Shown: positions 10,285 through 19,336, counted from the stretch's first letter. The stretch is DNA of 35,577 bases from Candidatus Woesearchaeota archaeon (GCA_964493655.1 CAZBOY010000002.1:8178-43754), one strand, 5' to 3'. Translations and numbers: made by a program. The notes: a model not told the origin generated them from the sequence alone.

Positions 10285-12123
10285 TCACCGAACCAACTCA
10301 AACTCACCAAAAACCTTTTTCAAACCTACAAGAGCAAGAGTATCAATTTTCATTTCCTTGTCCCCGTGTTCCTGCAATTGTCTCCTCAATTCCTCTGCAT
10401 GAGAATCAATTAATTTTCCATCTTTCAAAATAGCAATTCTTTTCGGCTCAATAACAAAAACATCATTTAAGAAAAAAACTTCAGCACTATGGTTTTTCCC
10501 CTTAAGTATAAATCTCGTTTTATCCATAGATAAAAAATCACATCTCTGATTATACTCAATCAAAGCATTAACAATCTCACGGCCAAATTTCCTTGCTTTT
10601 TCAACATCTTCTCTATGATTATTATCTTTTTTCTTTTTACTCTTACTAGTTCTATCTTTTTCAGTTTTCTTTTTTGTTTTTGAAATAAATTCTAAACTAT
10701 TTAAAAATCTCCTAGGAAATTTTCCAGTCTTAACAAGATTATCTTCAAATTCAGAAATAATTCCTTTTTCAGTTTTCTTTTTCAGCAAAGCTCCGAGCAT
10801 TTCAAAAACTTCTTTGTGAATTTCTTCTATTGTTTTTTCCTGAACACGCTTTTCAATTTGTTTTCTTAATTCTTGTAATCTCTTCATATAATCTTCTGCA
10901 TTTTTCAAAAGCCGGTCAACTTCAGCACCCTTAACTTCCTTAACCTTCCCGTGTTCATAACCCTTGTAATATTTAATAACAATCTCATGCAGAATATCAG
11001 CATATTTTTTTTCAAGTAGTTTTTCTTTTTTAACAAAAACCTCACTTATTTGTTTTACAGTTTCCTGAACAGTTGGCGGGGGAAGTCCGTATAACATTAA
11101 TAAAGCCTGGCTCGGAGTAATAACCCCCCAGTAAATATCAATAATAACTAAGTCTAACATTCTTTTTTTAACCATCTCACTCATCTTGTCTCCAGACGAC
11201 ATAAACAAATCAATTGCTTCCGGAGACGGTTTAATTTTCCCCATTCGTAAAAGTGATTTCCAAGGCAAGAAAGTTCCCCGGTCATTCAAAGGAACACCAT
11301 CTCTTAAAAAAGTAAATGCAACTGGCTCTGCATCTTTAATTCTCTCCCAAAAATCAGTCAAGAGCCAAACCTGAACATTCAAAATATTTTTAACACCAGC
11401 CATTGCAGTTGCCTGCTGAATATAAGAATAAATAATTGAACGCAATTTTTCCTTCAATTCCAAACGAGGCATTCTCTTAACATCAGTATCATCAATAATT
11501 ATAGTAACATCCACATCACTGTCTTTATGCGCAGTTCCCCTTACTAAAGAACCAGCAATAACATAACTTGTAACATATTTTTCAAACTTCTTCAAAACAA
11601 GTGTCTTATGAATTACAGAAACTCTCAAGGCACCTAAAAGACCAGAATCTTTAATTGGGAAAGACATTGCAAATGCCTCGACAATATCAAACTTAGAATC
11701 AAGACAAAGATTCCAAACATCAACCGGAGTCATAACATGAGTCCAAATTTTAGGATTAATTTCTCTTGCAAGTTTAATTGCTTCAAGTCGAACTTTTCCA
11801 ATCTCCTTAAAATTATCTTCAGGAATAACAATCAAAACATGAATAAGTTTTTTCTTGCACTCTTCTTCAGGAACCTCATACTCTTCCTCAATTTTCAAAG
11901 AAGTTTGTACAGGAACAATCCCCACAGCCTGAATATAATTAAATTTCTTACAAAGTTCTTTAGAATATTTTTCAATATCTTTTTTTAATTTATCCATCTC
12001 TTTCTGAACTCCTGCTGAAATCTGGTCCTGCATCGGCAGATTACCAAGTTGAGATTTCGGAACATAATCCTCAGCCAAGTTCTGTTCAACACTATTTTTC
12101 TCTTGGTTTTTTTCTTGTGTCAT
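10285..12123 (-). CDS. Minimal nucleotidyltransferase (Pol beta-like) protein: degenerate N-terminal NTase, intact NTase, then HEPN-like helical region
   Basis: VIAGSLVRGTAHKDSDVDV (GS...DxD motif); an internal repeat of the NTase fold lacking the catalytic Asp residues; SQALLMLYG..PP helical segment. Confidence 0.8.
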   Translation of the reverse strand: MTQEKNQEKNSVEQNLAEDYVPKSQLGNLPMQDQISAGVQKEMDKLKKDIEKYSKELCKKFNYIQAVGIVPVQTSLKIEEEYEVPEEECKKKLIHVLIVIPEDNFKEIGKVRLEAIKLAREINPKIWTHVMTPVDVWNLCLDSKFDIVEAFAMSFPIKDSGLLGALRVSVIHKTLVLKKFEKYVTSYVIAGSLVRGTAHKDSDVDVTIIIDDTDVKRMPRLELKEKLRSIIYSYIQQATAMAGVKNILNVQVWLLTDFWERIKDAEPVAFTFLRDGVPLNDRGTFLPWKSLLRMGKIKPSPEAIDLFMSSGDKMSEMVKKRMLDLVIIDIYWGVITPSQALLMLYGLPPPTVQETVKQISEVFVKKEKLLEKKYADILHEIVIKYYKGYEHGKVKEVKGAEVDRLLKNAEDYMKRLQELRKQIEKRVQEKTIEEIHKEVFEMLGALLKKKTEKGIISEFEDNLVKTGKFPRRFLNSLEFISKTKKKTEKDRTSKSKKKKDNNHREDVEKARKFGREIVNALIEYNQRCDFLSMDKTRFILKGKNHSAEVFFLNDVFVIEPKRIAILKDGKLIDSHAEELRRQLQEHGDKEMKIDTLALVGLKKVFGEFELVR

Positions 12124-12159
12124 TTTATTATTTTGTATCTTGTTTATTTAAAGTTTTGG

Positions 12160-12447
12160 TTATGCTACTATCTCTAAGGCAACCATAAATCCATCTCTAC
12201 CACCATCAATAGGGATAGTCCGTCTAAATCCTTCCCCTAACTTAATTCCCCTAATACTCGGTGCAAAAGATTTAAGTTTAGGCATTGCAAAACGAGGTGC
12301 TCTCTCCCTTGCGTAAGCTCTTGCAACTTCATAAGGATTTTCATCATTTAAGATACAAGTACCATTATTTCCCTCGTCGCTTATTCCATGTAGTCTTGCA
12401 AGTTCTTCAAACAAATTATTAGCACCAGAGAAATAAATTAAATTCAT
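12160..12447 (-). CDS. Hypothetical protein
   Basis: ATG at 12447 with a TTTATAAG box about 30 nt upstream. Confidence 0.55.
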   Translation of the reverse strand: MNLIYFSGANNLFEELARLHGISDEGNNGTCILNDENPYEVARAYARERAPRFAMPKLKSFAPSIRGIKLGEGFRRTIPIDGGRDGFMVALEIVA

Positions 12448-12580
12448 AAAAATCAAAATAAATCCTCCCTTATAAACTTTTCTACATGTAACTACTATTC
12501 AATAACTATCTAATTATCTAAAGCTCTATTTTATAATGCTCTCTAAATATTTTTAAACCTCTTTATTTACTTATAACCAA

Positions 12581-12651
12581 GCGTGGATAGTTTAGTGGTA
12601 GAACATCACGTTGCCAATGTGATAACCCGGGTTCGAGTCCCGGTCCGCGCA
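12581..12651 (+). tRNA. tRNA-Gly(GCC)
   Basis: Cloverleaf: acceptor GCGTGGA/TCCGCGC, anticodon arm TCACG-TT GCC AA-TGTGA, T arm CCGGG-TTCGAGT-CCCGG. TATA about 30 nt upstream; CCA not encoded. Confidence 0.96.
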
Positions 12652-12668
12652 TAGACTATCTCTTAGAT

Positions 12669-12754
12669 AGCTTGATCGGGATGAGAACCTTCGAGTCCGA
12701 ACAATTTGCTTTTGACAACTCTATTCATAATCTTCGAAAAGTGAATTGTGAGCA
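12669..12754 (+). repeat. tRNA-3'-associated mini-element, copy 1, between 27-bp direct repeats (12642-12668 and 12755-12781)
   Basis: GGTCCGCGCATAGACTATCTCTTAGAT is duplicated; the interior is homologous to 29772-29850. Confidence 0.85.
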
Positions 12755-12768
12755 GGTCCGCGCATAGA

Positions 12769-12927
12769 CTATCTCTTAGATTTCCTTGGCAGAAATCTTA
12801 AAAAATGAAGGAAATGTAGGAAGTTCAAATAATTCCAAGCACTTGCACCATCCATAGCTCCAGTGAAGCCTAAAAATCCCAAGAATCCAAGAAATCCTAA
12901 CCAGCCAAGCCCTCTTAAATTTTTCAT
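12769..12927 (-). CDS. 52-aa small membrane protein with LGFLGFLGF repeats (DUF3796-like)
   Basis: Translated by eye: MKNLRGLGWLGFLGFLGFLGFTGAMDGASAWNYLNFLHFLHFLRFLPRKSKR. GAGG SD-like site and TATA upstream. The family name is from recall. Confidence 0.7.
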   Translation of the reverse strand: MKNLRGLGWLGFLGFLGFLGFTGAMDGASAWNYLNFLHFLHFLRFLPRKSKR

Positions 12928-12985
12928 TATCAACCTCTTAATTAATCAATCCGACTTGAATATTTAAACCTTTTTAAAATATATA

Positions 12986-13174
12986 TCAAATACCTAAAAA
13001 CTTTAGCAACCCATGAACTAAAAACGCAGGCCACACAATTGCTTTTAATATTCCTAAAACTCCTGCCCAAAATCCAACAGCAGTTGAGATATAATAAACC
13101 GCAGCGCCAACAAAACCTAAACCGTAAAACGCCCCACCACAACCACCCTTAATACCCCTATACTTTTTTTTCAA
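12986..13174 (-). CDS. Small two-TM membrane protein (start uncertain)
   Basis: GAFYGLGFVGAAVYYIS..GFWAGVLGILKAIVWPAFLV hydrophobic hairpin; only a TTG start is available. Confidence 0.65.
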   Translation of the reverse strand: MKKKYRGIKGGCGGAFYGLGFVGAAVYYISTAVGFWAGVLGILKAIVWPAFLVHGLLKFLGI

Positions 13175-13424
13175 CAGCCCATTTTGAGATAAAGATTAAT
13201 ACAATAACGCCTATTATTGTCATAAAAATTGCTGCAAGATACTCATAATATACTGTCTGTCCAGTTAGTCCTAACCTAAGAATAATTTTATCAATGGATT
13301 TCTGAATAGGAGTTCTCCAAGTTAGGGCTATAAGAAATGCAAAAGCTCCGGTGATTGCAATCAAAGTTTGTTTTTTAAATTCATTTCTAAACTTTCTTGT
13401 TGAAGATTTTACAATACTCGCCAT
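13158..13424 (-). CDS. Two-TM membrane protein (DUF5654-like); frame open 25 codons further upstream
   Basis: LIAITGAFAFLIALTW..PIQ motif and a second TM; upstream in-frame K/E-rich codons without a start. The family name is from recall. Confidence 0.7.
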   Translation of the reverse strand: MASIVKSSTRKFRNEFKKQTLIAITGAFAFLIALTWRTPIQKSIDKIILRLGLTGQTVYYEYLAAIFMTIIGVIVLIFISKWAVEKKV

Positions 13425-13479
13425 TTTTTGATCCAGTCTTTTTTTAACTTCTTTCTCTACCTTTTCTTCAATAACTTTT

Positions 13480-13671
13480 TCAGTCTTCTTTTCTTGAATT
13501 TAATATCTCTGCTTTTTTTAATACATCTAACTGGGTTGATACAGTAGATTGTGTTCTTTTTACATGGGGGAAAATCTCGCAAACACATTTCTCTCCATCT
13601 AAAAGAAACTCTACTATCTTTAATCTTGTTTCATCAGCTAGTGCTTTAAGTATTTTTAATTCGTTTCTCAT
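13480..13671 (-). pseudogene. Truncated ArsR/SmtB-family regulator
   Basis: KALADETRLKIVEFLLDGEKCVCEI...QSTVS; the ORF stops within the beta-wing (NSRKED*), lacking the usual C-terminal part. Confidence 0.75.
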
Positions 13672-13676
13672 GTTAT

Positions 13677-13692
13677 ATTGATAGCTATCAAT
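13677..13692. promoter_or_regulatory. Putative ArsR operator (16-bp perfect palindrome ATTGATAGCTATCAAT)
   Basis: Lies between the minus-strand TATA box (13693-13700) and the arsR ATG. Confidence 0.7.
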
Positions 13693-13716
13693 CTTATAAA
13701 TCTTACTAGAAAGGAA

Positions 13717-13787
13717 TGGGCCTAAGCAGGATCGAACTGCTGACTACTCGGTGTAAACGAGTCGTTTTGCCACTAGACTATAGGCCC
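13717..13787 (-). tRNA. tRNA-Val(TAC)
   Basis: Acceptor GGGCCTA/TAGGCCC, anticodon arm ACTCG-TT TAC AC-CGAGT, T arm AGCAG-TTCGATC-CTGCT. Confidence 0.95.
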
Positions 13788-13858
13788 AATAAAACATAGT
13801 TTAAGAGAATCATTGATTTTTAAGTTTAATTGTTTCAAGAATCCAAATCAAAACTAAC

Positions 13859-15481
13859 TCATTCATAATCATTCATCTTCCCAAAATCCATTCCTCTTCC
13901 CCCAGAAGAACTTTTTGCAGCAATAATATCATCAATCCTAAGAATCATTATTGCAACCTCGCTTGCAGAAGCAATTGCCTGTGTCTTAATTTTAAGAGGT
14001 TCAATAATTCCACACATCAAAGTATCTTCAATTTTTCCAGAGAAAAGATTCAACCCAGCATTTTTCTTTCCAGAATCATGACTTACCCTTAATTCAGTTA
14101 AAATATCCAAAGGGTCAAGCCCTGCATTTTCAGCAAGAGTTATGGGAATGCATTCTAATGCCGACGCAAATTCTTCAACAGCTAATTGCTCGCGCCCTTT
14201 TAATGTCTGAGCAAACTCTCTTAATTTTTTAGCTAACTCAATTTCAATAGCCCCACCCCCAGCCACCACCTTGCTGTCCCTCAAAGCAGCAGCAACATCC
14301 CCAAGCCCGTCCTTAACAGCTCTCTCAATTTCATCAATAACATGTTCTGTCCCGCCCCGAATTAAAATAGTAAGTGCCTTAGGATTCTTACACCCACGAA
14401 CATAAGTCATAGCTTCTTCACCATCTCTAACTTCTTCAACAACTTCTGCAAAACCTAATTCATCCACAGTCAAATCTTTTAAATTAGAAACAATTTTCCC
14501 ACTTGTCGCACGAGCAAGTTTTTCCATATCTGATTTTGCAACCCGACGAAGTGCATAAATTTTAGATTTAGCAAGATAAAACTGCGCAACCTCGTCAATC
14601 CCTTTTTGACAAATCAAAACATTTGCACCAGACTGTTTTACATTTTCAACCATCTGCTTAAGAATAATTTCTTCTTGTTCTAAAAAACTCTGAAGTTGTT
14701 CAGGAGAAGAAATTGAAATCCTCGCTTCAGTCTCAGGTTTTTTAATTTCCAAAGCAGAATCAACCAAAGCAATCCTAGCCCCCTTAACCTGAAGAGGCAT
14801 CTCAAGAGAAACTTTCTCCTTATCTAAAACAACCCCGCGAATTAGTTCTGTTTTTTCAATTCCTTGCCCTCTTTGTTTTTCTATTTTTATATTATTCAAA
14901 TCTGCCTTGCCGTTTTCTGCAATTAGTTTAATAGCATCAACAATAATATCATCAAATTTTTCTTTAACATATTCAGCACCTTTCCCAGTCATAGCAGTCT
15001 GCGCAACCTTTAGCAGTTCATCCTCGCTAGAAATTTCAACAGCAAGTTCCTGTAAAAACTGCTGACATTTTTCAGCTGCAAGTCTATAACCTTTTGTAAT
15101 AATTGTTGGATGAATTTTTTGATCTAAAAGTCCCTCGGCATTTTCAAGAAGTTTTCCAGCAAGCATAACCGCAGTTGTTGTCCCGTCACCAACCTCTTTC
15201 TCCTGTGTTCTGGCAACCTCGACAATCATTTTAGCAGCAGGGTGATTAATATCCATCTCCTCTAAAATAGTCACACCATCATTAGTAACAATAATCCCTC
15301 CAGCAGAATCAACCAGCATCTTGTCCATTCCCTTCGGCCCAAGGGTTGTCTTAACAGTCTCAGCAATTATCCTAGCAGCAAGAATATTATTCCTCTGTGC
15401 ATCCCTACCCAAAATCCTCTGTGCATCCTCAGGTAGAATTGTAATTGGTTTGTCTGTCATACCAAAATCACTCTCAGGCAT
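13859..15481 (-). CDS. thsA: Thermosome (group II chaperonin) subunit
   Basis: [45 protein letters not shown]. Confidence 0.96.
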   Translation of the reverse strand: MPESDFGMTDKPITILPEDAQRILGRDAQRNNILAARIIAETVKTTLGPKGMDKMLVDSAGGIIVTNDGVTILEEMDINHPAAKMIVEVARTQEKEVGDGTTTAVMLAGKLLENAEGLLDQKIHPTIITKGYRLAAEKCQQFLQELAVEISSEDELLKVAQTAMTGKGAEYVKEKFDDIIVDAIKLIAENGKADLNNIKIEKQRGQGIEKTELIRGVVLDKEKVSLEMPLQVKGARIALVDSALEIKKPETEARISISSPEQLQSFLEQEEIILKQMVENVKQSGANVLICQKGIDEVAQFYLAKSKIYALRRVAKSDMEKLARATSGKIVSNLKDLTVDELGFAEVVEEVRDGEEAMTYVRGCKNPKALTILIRGGTEHVIDEIERAVKDGLGDVAAALRDSKVVAGGGAIEIELAKKLREFAQTLKGREQLAVEEFASALECIPITLAENAGLDPLDILTELRVSHDSGKKNAGLNLFSGKIEDTLMCGIIEPLKIKTQAIASASEVAIMILRIDDIIAAKSSSGGRGMDFGKMNDYE

Positions 15482-15584
15482 TTTTTAAAGATTGTTGTGA
15501 TTAAGTATAATGTAAGCAAAGCATCCAAGTAAAAACATTTAAATACATATTCTCCTAGATAAAAATAAGGAGAGGAAAAATAAA

Positions 15585-16085
15585 ATGTCGGAGAAAAAAA
15601 CAATTTTTGAGCAAAAATTAGTACAGAAGGGATTCTTTAATTATTCTGATACTTACAATTTTTGCTATGGCTGGATAAAAGACGAGGGCTATGACCTTAC
15701 TGAAAAAAAATACAAAGAAAAAATAACCCAAGTTGGAAAATTAGTAGAAATAGAATGGATAGCAGAAAAAAAGATTTCTGACTACTTTAAGATTATAATT
15801 GAGATGAAATGGCGTATTATTGCAATGACAGATGCAGAAATAGAGCAAAACGGGAAAAAAATAAAAACAAACAAAGGCGAATCAGAAATGAAATTCAAGG
15901 GAAAACTAGAAAGAGATTACGAAGACCGCTGGGAGAAAAGTCCACTATATAAATGGATGCGTGGAATTTACGACAGATACATAATTAGAACAATAATGGA
16001 CCAGTACGAGGATAAAGTTTTTTCAGATGCTCAAGAATGGGTTGAGCAAATCAAAAGTTTTCTGTTGCTTGAAGGAAAAAGGTAA
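15585..16085 (+). CDS. Hypothetical protein
   Basis: 166-aa ORF with an AGGAG SD-like site and TATA upstream. Confidence 0.8.
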   Translation: MSEKKTIFEQKLVQKGFFNYSDTYNFCYGWIKDEGYDLTEKKYKEKITQVGKLVEIEWIAEKKISDYFKIIIEMKWRIIAMTDAEIEQNGKKIKTNKGESEMKFKGKLERDYEDRWEKSPLYKWMRGIYDRYIIRTIMDQYEDKVFSDAQEWVEQIKSFLLLEGKR

Positions 16086-16140
16086 AACTAATATTAATTA
16101 TAAAAATCCTTAATTTTGATTCCAGAATTAATTATCTAAG

Positions 16141-16191
16141 GGTCCATCAAGTTGTAGAAGATTAGTTATCCTCTTGGCAACTTTTAAAGAA
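16141..16191 (+). repeat. Dispersed ~50-bp intergenic repeat, copy 2
   Basis: GGTCCATCAAGTTG...TTATCCTCTTGGCAACTTTTAAAGAA. Confidence 0.6.
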
Positions 16192-16249
16192 TTTCAATAA
16201 AACATAACCACAACAATTTTTATAAACCATCACCACCACCTTTTTAAAC

Positions 16250-17611
16250 ATGAAAAATCTCATATTTATCTTATTGTTGTCTATTCTTCTTACAAGCACA
16301 GCATCAGCACTCATAATCGAGGAAAGAGTAATCAACGATGCAACAATTACTGAATTCAGCCAACCGGCAAAATTTGAACTAACTATTCGAGAAGCTGAAC
16401 CAGGAACCTACAATCTTTACACACTAACCGACGTGCGATTGCTCCCTGCAAGTTCAGTTTATCTAAACGCCGGAACAAACAAACTAAACATCTATGTTTA
16501 TGCAACAGAATTTACACCAAGAGGAAGCTATACATTTACTTATTTTTTAAAAAAAATAGACGGGGAAAGTTTTGAAGACCGGCTATCAATCAAAGTTGTG
16601 GACCTAAAAGATGCAATAGATATAAATTCAGATTCCAATGACCCAGATTCTGGAAAAATAGGGTTCTATATAATAAATTTAGTGCAGTCAGAACTAACAG
16701 ATGTAAAGGCAAATTTTTCTTCTGTTTTTTTTGATAATTTTGAATATGTTTTTGATTTAAAACCTTATGAAAAAAAAGAATTCACCATTCAAATTGACAA
16801 GGAAAAAATAAAAACAATCGCGGCTGGTTCGTATATTCTAAGTGCAGAATTTGATACAAACAAAGGAAAGCAAAGAGTCGACGGAAAAATTTATCTCGGG
16901 GAGAAAAAAGTTGTGAAAAGCGAATCTGATTCATCTGGAATTTTAATCCGCACAAACACAGTTTCAAAAATTAATGCAGGAAATGTTTTAGAAACAGTAA
17001 ACATAAAAATTAAAAGAAATATTTTCACAAGGATTTTCACATCATTCAATAACGAACCAAATCTCGTAGACAGAGAAGGATTTGTAATAACTTATTCGTG
17101 GACAAAACAATTAGGCCCTGCAGAAATCCTCACAATCAAAGCAAAAACTAATTACATTTTCCCATTATTGATTATTGTCTTCTGTGTCTTGATTATCTTA
17201 GGCATTAAAAGATATCTTGCAACAGCAATAGAAATAAAAAAATCAGCCCACCATGTAAGAACAAAAGGCAAAGAATTCGCACTCAAAGTAAGAATAAGAA
17301 TCAAAGCAAAAAAAGACCTTGAAAATGTTTCCCTAATTGACAGAATACCTGCAATTGTAAAAGTTTATGAAAAATTCGGATTAATAAAACCCACAGTTAT
17401 TGACGCAAGAAACCGGCGCCTTCAGTGGGATATTGGAGATTTAATGAATGGAGAAGAAAGAGTATTCAATTATCTTATTTATTCCAAAGTTGGTATTGTC
17501 GGAAAGTTTTCACTTCCAGAAGCAATTGCAGTTTTTGAAAAAAACAACGAAATCCACGAAGTCAAATCAAATAAAGTTTTTTTTATGAGTGAGCAGATTA
17601 AAGGGAATTAA
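16250..17611 (+). CDS. Secreted/membrane-anchored beta-rich surface protein
   Basis: Signal peptide ending ASA, Ig-like beta pattern, a TM near residue 305, and a cytoplasmic beta-sandwich-like C-terminus. Confidence 0.8.
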   Translation: MKNLIFILLLSILLTSTASALIIEERVINDATITEFSQPAKFELTIREAEPGTYNLYTLTDVRLLPASSVYLNAGTNKLNIYVYATEFTPRGSYTFTYFLKKIDGESFEDRLSIKVVDLKDAIDINSDSNDPDSGKIGFYIINLVQSELTDVKANFSSVFFDNFEYVFDLKPYEKKEFTIQIDKEKIKTIAAGSYILSAEFDTNKGKQRVDGKIYLGEKKVVKSESDSSGILIRTNTVSKINAGNVLETVNIKIKRNIFTRIFTSFNNEPNLVDREGFVITYSWTKQLGPAEILTIKAKTNYIFPLLIIVFCVLIILGIKRYLATAIEIKKSAHHVRTKGKEFALKVRIRIKAKKDLENVSLIDRIPAIVKVYEKFGLIKPTVIDARNRRLQWDIGDLMNGEERVFNYLIYSKVGIVGKFSLPEAIAVFEKNNEIHEVKSNKVFFMSEQIKGN

Positions 17612-17658
17612 AAATTAGATTGCCAAAAGTTTATAAACTAACATTTATGTTTCTAAAA

Positions 17659-17889
17659 ATGGAAAGCCAAAGAGAAGAACAAATATACAATCAAGAACGA
17701 AGAGAACCTCTTTTTATAATTCCTCAAGAACCTAGAGAAGGATATAAGTTAATCATAGGTCTGGGTTATTTTCCAATAGAATCTAGTGGGTTATCAGAAG
17801 AACTAAAAGGAAAACCTCCGGTTTTGACTAAAAACGAACGAGCTGAATTAAAGTTCCAAAGAAGAAATCAGCCAATTGGAAAAGCATAA
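17659..17889 (+). CDS. Hypothetical protein
   Basis: ATG at 17659 is about 30 nt after TTTATAAA. Confidence 0.55.
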   Translation: MESQREEQIYNQERREPLFIIPQEPREGYKLIIGLGYFPIESSGLSEELKGKPPVLTKNERAELKFQRRNQPIGKA

Positions 17890-18026
17890 TCTTAAACTTT
17901 TATTTTTTCTTTTTTTATGAATACAAAATCTTAAAAACCATTTAAAATTAATATAATCATCCCTACGGAATTTCCACTCCGAGAATTATGTAGGGAAATA
18001 AAACAAAAATAGTTCGGAGTAAAAAT

Positions 18027-18171
18027 CCCGCCGTAGCTCAGGGGTAGAGCATGCGGCTGTAGAATTAGCATGGACATTCTGCTGTATTGCAGATAGAATG
18101 AAATGTGAAACGCCCTTGGCACTGGTTCAGCAGAACCCGCAGTGTCCCCAGTTCGAATCTGGGCGGCGGGA
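18027..18171 (+). tRNA. tRNA-Tyr(GTA) with a 73-nt intron at 37/38 (18063-18135); integration target
   Basis: C1-G72 acceptor CCCGCCG/CGGCGGG, anticodon stem TGCGG/CCGCA with CT GTA G, T arm CCCAG-TTCGAAT-CTGGG. The CTGT/GCAG helix with an AAC bulge forms a relaxed BHB. Confidence 0.93.
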
Positions 18172-18226
18172 TTAAGATTTAGTTAGAAAAGTAAGGGTTT
18201 ATAAAACCTGTAATATTTAGGATTAT

Positions 18227-19288
18227 ATGAAACAAGAATATCCAAGATATAAGCAAGGAGAGTTAGATTTGATTGAGAAAAAAATTTGTGATAAAGACAA
18301 AGTTGCATTAAACGAATTTACAAAAAAATGTTCTATAACTTCTGGAGAAAGAAAAGTTAAACAAATTAGAAAATTAATACTCCAACTCTTTGATGTAACT
18401 CAAATACCATTAACACAGCAGACAAAAGAAACAGCAGATAGTTTTTTAGTTCTGCTTAACAAGTGTGATAAAAGTTACTGGACTAAAGACGAGATTAAAA
18501 TTTATGTTAAGAACTTTTTGTTGAATTATTATAAGGATTACGCTATGGTTGAAAATTTTAAATCAAGTGGGAAAAAAGGATTAAACCCGCAGAAGATAAC
18601 CGAGAACAATCTAATAAGTGAAAAGGATGTTGAGAAGATGTTAAGGTTCGCACAAAGTTATAAAGAAAAATGTTATCTGCTTCTTGTATTTCAAACAGGA
18701 GCAAGACCTCAAGAACTTGCAGAGTTAAAATGGTCTGAAGTTAAGTTTGAAGATAAATATGCAGAAGTAACTTTATTCTCAAATAAAACTAAACAAAGCA
18801 GAAGTTTTCCTATTGTTGAAAAAACTAAAGAGGCTTTGTGGGAATGGAAACAGCATTATTCTTTTCAAGATATTAAACCTAATGACTATGTTTTTCCTTC
18901 AAGATGGAGAAATAAACCAATTACTTCTGCAGGACTTAATAAGATGTTAAGAAGAATGAGTGAATCTGCAGGACTTAATAAGGATGTTTGGAATTATCTC
19001 TTTCGGCATACCAGAGCAACAAGATTATATGAAGAACTGCCTCAGCAGATTGTTGAAAAATTAATGGGTCATAAAAATATGGCTGGGATTTATGCACACA
19101 TTAGTTCAAAAAAAGCAAGAGAAGAAATGCTTAGTAAAATTTATAAGATTGATGATATGCCCCAAGAAAAAAAGAACGAGTTAGAGTTAGAAGTCGCAAC
19201 ATTAAAAAAGAATTATAAAAATCTGCATAAAGAATTTCAAAAGTTTGCTGGTCGTGTTGTGGCTACGAATATCAGTTCTAAGATTTAA
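18227..19288 (+). CDS. int: Tyrosine recombinase/integrase
   Basis: TGARPQEL (catalytic R), YLFRHTRAT, LMGH, IYAH (catalytic Y); located immediately after attL. Confidence 0.93.
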   Translation: MKQEYPRYKQGELDLIEKKICDKDKVALNEFTKKCSITSGERKVKQIRKLILQLFDVTQIPLTQQTKETADSFLVLLNKCDKSYWTKDEIKIYVKNFLLNYYKDYAMVENFKSSGKKGLNPQKITENNLISEKDVEKMLRFAQSYKEKCYLLLVFQTGARPQELAELKWSEVKFEDKYAEVTLFSNKTKQSRSFPIVEKTKEALWEWKQHYSFQDIKPNDYVFPSRWRNKPITSAGLNKMLRRMSESAGLNKDVWNYLFRHTRATRLYEELPQQIVEKLMGHKNMAGIYAHISSKKAREEMLSKIYKIDDMPQEKKNELELEVATLKKNYKNLHKEFQKFAGRVVATNISSKI

Positions 19289-19336
19289 ATCAAGCCATTA
19301 CAAGCATTTATAAAGGTTAATAATCTTAATAATCTT

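Noticed and set aside
12680-12765. Trailer element as a split-tRNA 3' half or T-loop intron
   Set aside because: It lacks the 5' T-stem strand and anticodon-side sequence, and I find no convincing BHB; the adjacent tRNA is already complete.
9220-13142. ORFs 9220-9402, 10154-10402, 11186-11374, 11737-11988, 12942-13142
   Set aside because: Overlap or lie antisense to better-supported genes.
17931-18122. 63-aa minus-strand ORF
   Set aside because: Overlaps tRNA-Tyr and its leader.
18063-18135. Hammerhead ribozyme or C/D guide in the Tyr intron
   Set aside because: GAAA is present, but there is no CUGANGA core and no RUGAUGA/CUGA boxes.
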